From Cyanophora paradoxa CCMP329 (taxonomy: Eukaryota > Plantae > Glaucophyta): a DNA stretch of 64,000 bases. Each line of letters begins with the position of its first letter. The stretch's first letter is position 1. This document shows, piece by piece, positions 57,280 to 64,000 of the stretch. The stretch lies in assembly GCA_004431415.1 (NCBI GenBank), contig QPMI01000013.1, positions 121,158-185,157 on the forward strand. Reading direction: 5' to 3'. A program made the translations under genes and the position numbers. The notes under the pieces are model-generated. The model searched no databases, was not told where the DNA came from, and was given only the letters and a program-made list of their open reading frames with translations.

Positions 57280-58610
57280 CTAGAGCTGGAGGATGTAGTC
57301 GAGGCCTGGGTACGGGGGCAGCGCGAGCTGGTACTTCTGGGCGATGGCGGGGGGCACGAAGCGGCCCCCGAGGAAGTGGAGGCGCCCCGCGAAGTGGCGG
57401 GAGCAGGCCTTCGGGGCCGTCAGGCTGATCAGCACGTCCGGCCGGATCGCGTCCGGGCCCGTCGGTCCTGCACGCCCGCGTCGGTGAGTTTAACCTTAGC
57501 AGGGGCTGGCTCTAGCTGCGCGGGGGGTACACACCCTTCTCGAGGTCCCATCCCTGCATGTCCCGCGGACAGTCAGGAGGGGCGAAACATGAGAGGGGAG
57601 GGGAACGGAGGGGCGGGGGCAGGGGGCGGACGGAGGGTACGTCGATGGAGGCGACGGGGAGCTTGGTGCGGGCGAGGGCGGCGAGGATGGCGTCGAAGGG
57701 CGGCCGCACGCCCCCGCTCATGAAGCTGAATCGAAGATCGCGTCCACCACGACCTGTACCCAGGGGCGGCTGGTCGTGAGGGGGCCTAGCCTACGGTCGC
57801 GGGCCGGGGCGGGCGCGGGCGCACGTCAAATGCGGCCTCGAAGTCAGCGGGGAGGGCGTCGAGGACGGGTATGCCCAGCGACTCGCACGTGACGACGAGG
57901 TTCGCGTACAGCGGCTTCGCCGTCCGTTTCGGGTACACGATCGCCCTGCCGTCGGCGTCGGCCGCGCGGAGCGGAACGCAGACAGAGAAGCGAGAATCGC
58001 ACGGCTTGTATCCGAAGTGCGCCAGGTGCCGCGCGGCCACCAGGCCGTCCCCACCGTTGTTACCAGGCCTGCCGCAGGCACGCGTCGTCGGCGCCCGCGA
58101 CAGCCCGGCGAGTCGCCCGACGAACCCGCATATCACGAGCACGCGAGGGTGCTTCTCCAAAGGGTAGGCGCGCGCGACCGAGAGGGCGCACGCTTGGCCG
58201 GCCTGCGCCAACATCCCGACGTGCGAGCGGCGGCGCTTGTAAGCGACGCGTATGCGAACAGCGCCGGGGGCGGAACGCACGAGCTCCATCAGCTGATCGA
58301 CAGAGAAACCAAGAGGGCCCATGAGCTCCTCATCGATCTTCTGGGCCTCCGTCTGCGAGAGGTACTTGATCGGCGCTCCGCTGCCGGACGCCATGGTAAC
58401 GGTGCGCTGAGGTAGCTGACGTCCGCGCGATGCGAATGCGTATCGCGGCTGCTGTCCGAAGAAGCTCGCCGACGGGCGGGAGAGGGCGCCGGTGTGGACG
58501 GCGGACGAAGGAGAGCGGGCGGCGCGCCGGACGGATGCGGCTGGTCGCGGCGTCAGTCTGGCTGGCGTGCGCGCGTATGCGAGTGCCGCGGCCGCAGCGA
58601 ATGCTTGCAT
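57280..58610 (-). CDS. NAXE: NAD(P)HX epimerase (YjeF-N) with a transit peptide
   Basis: [61 protein letters not shown] and HFLGGRFVP. One -1 frameshift near 57732. Confidence 0.9.
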
Positions 58611-58679
58611 GAAGCGTGGCAAGCAAGCAGCAAGCTGGTCGCGGGGGTAGTGGCACACTTAGTTGACCAGCACCGCGTC

Positions 58680-61149
58680 ATGGCCAGCTTCGCAGCAAGC
58701 GCACTCGCCACGCCCGTGCAGAGGCAAGCGGTTGGATGGAGAGGGACGATCTGCCCGCTCCCGCGGGCTTCCCCGTCCCGCCCAGCACGCAGCGAGGGCG
58801 CCACGTGCTCCGGCGAGCCCAGCACGAGCGCCGCCGGGTCGGATAGAAAGTATGCGGTAGCTTCATCTCTACGACAAGGTCTGGCCGCTGCTCTGGCCGC
58901 TGCTGCTTTGGCCGCGGCGCCTCTGGCGACGTCCGCCCCCGCACTCGCCGCCGCAAGCGCACCCCCCGCGGTGTCGGGGCCCGTCGATCCCAACTCTCCC
59001 TTGAACTTGTCCGTTGACGACCTGCTTAAGGTGCGCCGCGCCAGGGGCGCCGCAGCCACGCCCCACGCCTCACGTGCACGCGCTCCCACTCTCTGCCGCA
59101 GCTGCGCAAGCTTTTCGACCGCGCGTTCGAGTGCGTTCTTCATTCAATTGCATGCCGCACTCTCTGAAGTGTCGGCCCGCAGCCTGACGAACGTCGGGAA
59201 CTTCGAGGAGGCTGAGAGTGCGCACGCTCTCTCTCTCGCGGGCGGCGGGCGCAGCCCTCTGATGATGCGGCGCGGCAGAGGTGTGGACGGAGATCATCGG
59301 GATGGTGCCGGACCGGGCGGAGGGCTACAGCAACCGCGGGAACGCGCGGACGTCGCAGAACAAGCTCGAGCTGGCGCTGGCCGACTACAGCAAAGCCATC
59401 GAGCTGGAGCCCGGAGCCATCGATCCTTACCTCAACCGCGGCGTTGCCCTCGAGGGACTCGGCCGCTTCGAGGAGGTGCTACCCCCCCCCGTCCCCCCCC
59501 CCCTTTCTTCCACCCCGGCCCTACCTTGTCTCCTGGGATGGGGGTACAACCGCGCGTTTCGTTTGCACGGTTGACAACCCCGGGTTCCGCGTGCGCAGGC
59601 GATCAAAAGCTACGACAAGGCCCGTACCCCCCTTCCCTCCCCCCCCCTTGAACGGCTCGTTAAATCTACCCCCGCACCGCGCAGGTTCTTTCAATGGACT
59701 CGAACGACCCCGTCGTGCGCCCCCGCCCCCACCACCCCTACCCTAGGCCTCTCCCTCTCCCCCGCCATACCCTCTCCCTCTCCCCTCCCCTTCCCTCCCT
59801 CCCCCCTCTCCATCCACCCTCTCCTGTCCCCCCCCCCCCCCCCCCCCAACCCGCCCTCTCTCTCACTCCTCCACACACCCTCTCTCCCCTCTCCCCCTCT
59901 GCCCCCCCCCCTCCCTATCTGACTCGTCTTCTTCTTCTTCCTCTGCAGGCGTGGAACAACCGGGGCAACGCGAACGCCGGCCTCGGGCGCTGGGAGAAGG
60001 CACTCTCGGACTACGAGCGGGCCACCAAGATCGCCAAGGTCGGCAGCCTACAGCTACTAATCTAACTAACTGATCTAAATCTAAACGTCTCCTACAAGGA
60101 CTTTGTCTTCGCGCGGGCGAACTACGCGCTTGCGCTCTACGAGACGGGCAGGACGGGCGAGGCGGTCGGCATCTTCCGCGGCCTCACCGCGAAATACCAG
60201 GCGAGCTTCCAGATTTGATCCGGATTTGATCCGGATTCGATCCGGATTTGATCCGGACTTAGGGCTTCGCGGACATGAGCGCGGCGCTGGCGGCGGGGCT
60301 GGCGGCCTCGGGGCAGCTGGACGAGGCGGATCGCCAGTGGGAGGCGGCGCTGAGCACCGACCCGCGCTACGCCGACCTCGACTGGCTCCGCACTGTCCGC
60401 CGCTGGCCCCCGCGCGTGCGCGCGCCCCTTCCAGCCTAGGCGCCCTGCCCTGCCCTGCCCTGCAGCTGCCCCGCCCGGTCCTGCCCTTCCAGCCCCCGCA
60501 GGCCCTGCAGCTGCCCCTCTCCTTTCCCCTCGCCCGATCCGCCTAGTCGGGCCTGGCCTTCTAGCCTAGTCGGGCCTGGCCCTCTATCTAAATATCCCCC
60601 CCCCCCCCCCCCCCTGCGGACCGTCCGCCGCTGGCCCCCGCGCGTGCGCGCGCCCCTTCCAGCCTAGGCGCCCTGCCCTGCCCTGCCCTGCAGCTGCCCC
60701 GCCCGGTCCTGCCCTTCCAGCCCCCGCAGGCCCTGCAGCTGCCCCTCTCCTTTCCCCTCGCCCGATCCGCCTAGTCGGGCCTGGCCTTCTAGCCTAGTCG
60801 GGCCTGGCCCTCTATCTAAATATCCCCCCCCCCCCCCCCCCCCCTGCGGACCGTCCGCCGCTGGCCCCCGCGCGTGCGCGCGGCCCTTCCAGCCTAGGCC
60901 TCCTGCCCTGCCCTGTCCTGCAGCTGCCCCGCTCCCGGCCCTCGATCTGCCTAGTCGGGCCTGGACCTCTATCTAGATCGCTGGCCCCCGCGCGTGCGCC
61001 CCGCGAGCTCCCGGCCCCTACCAGCCTCCTGCCCTGCCCCGCCCCGCACCTTAAGCTTTCCGCCTCGCCCACGCCTCCCTCAGATCTACGGGGACCTGGA
61101 GAAGTACGTGCGCCTCGCGGGGACCGTCTCCGGCTCCGGCTCCCGCTAG
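58680..61149 (+). CDS. Plastid-targeted TPR protein of cyanobacterial type (Pitt-like)
   Basis: MASF transit peptide plus an Ala-rich hydrophobic segment. TPRs (YSNRGN, YLNRG, WNNRGNA). C-terminal FADMSAAL...DPRYADLDW...RRWPP. Confidence 0.75.
60395..60998 (+). repeat. ~229-bp tandem triplication spanning an exon end and intron
   Basis: GTCCGCCGCTGGCCCCCGCGCGTGCG restarts at 60395, 60623 and 60853, with a partial fourth copy near 60979. Confidence 0.85.
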
Positions 61150-61580
61150 CTGTGGCTGGATGTAGCCGCTCCCTGCCTTCAGACCTACGGCCTATAGCTA
61201 GCTAGGGCCTGTTCCGGTTCTTTTGTTCCGGCGCGCGCGAGCTCACTGAGTCAATCGATATCGATACCGGATATCGCGAGCTCGAGGCGCATCATGAGTC
61301 GCCGATCGCGATCGCGAGTCGACGTCATGATCATGAGTACATGTACACATGCAGTTGAGGGGAACGTACGTAACTATAGCCAACTATTCATTATTTATAC
61401 ACGGCAATTGAGGTCGCATGGAGCTCGAGACCCCGCTATTTTCCCTGCGCCGTACCTGTACGGTGTGAAGCCACTACATCATGCTACAAGCTCTCGAAGA
61501 ACGGGCTGCCGGCTGCCTGGGGTCCGCCGCTGCACCCAAGGGCTGCACATCCCGTGCAGGGGCCGCGGGAGCGCTGGTAG

Positions 61581-64000
61581 CTATAGCGCTAGCCCGCGTG
61601 GCGCCGGCACGGTCGAGCTCCACCAGCTCCGCCTCCAACTGCGCCAGAGGAAGTCATGATCAGCAGGTGAAAGGGAGGGAGGGCCCAATCTCGGGATTAA
61701 TATTCGTACCCGCGCGTGCTCGGCGTCGAGCTTCGCGATCGCGGCCCTGAGTGCCTCGCGATCGCGATCGCGAGAGGAGGGCGCCCCCGGCACGGCGGAG
61801 TGATCGTGCCAGACGGGCGCAGCCGCCGGCGCGGCGTCCGGCCGCGGGCCCCTCGCATCGATATCCGCCAGCAGAGCGTCGAGAACCTGAGTGCGGTCAG
61901 GTTCGGAGGGCTCGCGATCGGGGGGCCTGCAGGGGGCGGACGGCAGGGTCGACGTCGACGTCGTCCGCGGCGCCGCCGCGGGGTACGAGGGGGAAGCCCC
62001 GCGTCCTCGCGAGGGTGTACTCCAGCGCGAAAGGCACCTGGCAGCGGGTTTGGCTCGGATCGCAACGGGAGATACATAGATCCAACGCGAGAGGAAGGGA
62101 ACGCGCCCGCGTGCCGGAGAGGACGAGCGGGCGGACGGGTACGGAGTGGGCGGCGGCCGCCTGCGGCCGCGGGCGCCGGCTCGACTCTCGACTCTACGAG
62201 AGAAATCAAAGGGCGGGGCGGGCCGCCGGGCACCTTGAGGCGGGAGGCCAGGGCGGGGGAGGAGGAGCTCGAGGCTCCTAGGAGGGGCACGAAGGCGGCG
62301 CAGGCGGCGAGGGCGCGGGAGGCCCCCTCCTCCGGCGGGCCGTCCTGCGAGACGTACTCTCGATCAGAGGCCGCGCGCGAGGGTGCGGCGAGAACGAGAA
62401 AAAGAGCGAGGGCGGCACGGAGCAGTCGACGAAGCAGCGGACGCCGCGCAGCGCCGCCGCGCCGACGGCGGCCGCCGCGTGGGGCGCGTCCTGCAGGCCG
62501 GCCGGGCTCGGCGGCGGGGCGGCGCGGGGGCGGGGGCGGGGGCGGCCCGGGCGGGGCGGGGCGGACCTCGGGGCTGCTCCAGACGAAGCAGAAGGGGCCG
62601 GCGGCGGGGTCGCAGCGCGCGTTCGGGTGGGCGAGCAGGCCTAGGGCCCCCTCCGCCCCCTCCCCCCCGCCGTCTGCCGGCAAGCGCTCATGATCAGCGC
62701 GGCACCGATCACACCGCGGTGGGGGACGCGGGGCGCCTTCGGAGGGGAACGGCCGCGAGGGCGGCTTTCAGGCCAGCCAGGAAGGAGCTGTACCCGGACT
62801 CGAAGAGCTCGTCGCTGCGGCCGCGGGCGCCGTGGCGTCAAAAGAGCCGATGAAGGAGAGGGGGTACGGGTGCGCGCGTCGTGAAGTCCGCGATGGCGAG
62901 GCCACGGAGGAGCCCCTGCCGGGGGATACGTATACGTCGGCTCGCCGAGCCGGCTCGGAGGAAGTGGAAGAAGGGGCCGGACCGCGGCGCGGGGGTCCAG
63001 CTCAGTGCGGAGGCGCCAGGCGGGGACAACGGCTTTCCCGAGGTCCAGCGCCCGGCTCAGCTCCAGCATGCTGCGGTCGCCGTGATCATAAGCTCAAGGT
63101 CGGGGTTTTTCGCGGGGTGCGGGGTCCACGCGCCACCAGTCCGAGGCGCAGGAGTGCTGCGCGGGCGGGGGCTCGGTGAGACGGAGAAAGCGCCGAGGAG
63201 AAAGATCTGGCGCCGAAATCGAAGGCACCGGGGAGGCGACGAAGACGACGGCTTTGGCCATTCGGAGCCCGCGGCCGATCTCCTCCCGCCACTGCCGCGG
63301 GCGTCATGATCACCGAGTCAGACCCGCACCGAGAGGGAGGGGGCGGGGGAGACCTCGGTGCCGGCCTCGATGCCGTAGCCTTCATCTCGTCCATCTGCGC
63401 TGCTTTTTAGCGGGGCGGAGCGCCTCCTCCGGCCAGTCGAACCGCACCCAGCACTGCGCAGAACGTTCAGCCGCAGCAGAGAGGGGTGGGATCGGAGCTC
63501 GAGGGGCGGCGGGGCCGCGCCATTACGCCGTCGGATTGGAGTCGGTCGCGGAGGCGGAGGGCGAAGCGCGCGACGTCGACGGGGTGGTGCCCGTAGCTGC
63601 GAGGCGTCGGCGGGACCCGAGCGCGAGCGCGAGCTCTCGCGATCGAGGGCGAGGCCTAGGGCGGGTGCAGCAGACCTGATGAAGACCTGGCGGAGGGCGG
63701 CGCGCTCCTTGAGGGCCGCCGGAACTCGCCGTCCCGCGTCGCGTTCAGCACCGCCGGCGTCAGCTCGGCGCCTGCGCGGGCGCAGCGAGCTCGAAATTAA
63801 AGCCGGCGCAGATTGAGAGTGGATTCCGGGCTCGGCCGGGCTCGGGGGGGGGTACCTCGGTCCAGGAGCGCCCCGCAGACGTCCGCATGGCGGGCCCCGG
63901 GCCGCCGCGTGGTACAGCGGCGCGCGCCCTAGGGCGTCGGCCGCGGTGTGCTGCACGGGCCGGGGCGGGGCGCGTTAGATGGGGAGCTCGAGGGGCGGCG
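61581..64000 (-). CDS. Multi-exon protein with an ankyrin-like repeat and TIR-like segments (5' part outside window)
   Basis: DALGRAPLYHAAARG, MLELSRALDLGKAVVPAW, LRGLAIADF, and FCFVWSS...ACAAFVPLLG..SSP. The 3' end is uncertain. Confidence 0.4.

Overview
Very GC-rich, intron-dense nuclear DNA from a flagellated, plastid-bearing eukaryote. It carries the cilia genes CFAP206 and RSPH9 and two transit peptides starting MxxF, so a glaucophyte such as Cyanophora is my inference. Host genes occupy about 1-25.2 kb and 43.5-64 kb: a nucleotide-sugar transporter, an ankyrin-TRP channel, a PHT4/SLC17 transporter, a C2H2/AT-hook/BAH chromatin protein, a CNBD-ankyrin channel with an aberrant pore, a secreted surface protein, CFAP206, p23, an LRRC74-like protein, RSPH9, NAXE, a plastid TPR protein and an ankyrin/TIR-like gene. 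The main result is an 18.2-kb inserted element at 25258-43465. It is bounded by imperfect 51-bp terminal inverted repeats (TGTC...GACA) with a near-perfect 4-bp target duplication (GCCT/ACCT). It encodes a giant-virus (Nucleocytoviricota)-type double jelly-roll major capsid protein, Arg-rich putative core proteins, an FN3-like membrane protein, an SRA-like protein, a retropepsin-like protease and two large spliced orphan genes. Its left arm is a cassette-like array of paralogous HEPN-like and small membrane genes, separated by a conserved ~130-bp structured repeat with a hairpin and a tRNA T-arm/B-box motif. I recognise no integrase, polymerase or packaging ATPase. The capsid gene is cut at its 5' end by an apparent internal deletion, so this copy looks like a deleted, non-autonomous member of a small integrating virus or virus-transposon family. 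All protein calls come from reading motifs by eye, and exon boundaries are approximate.
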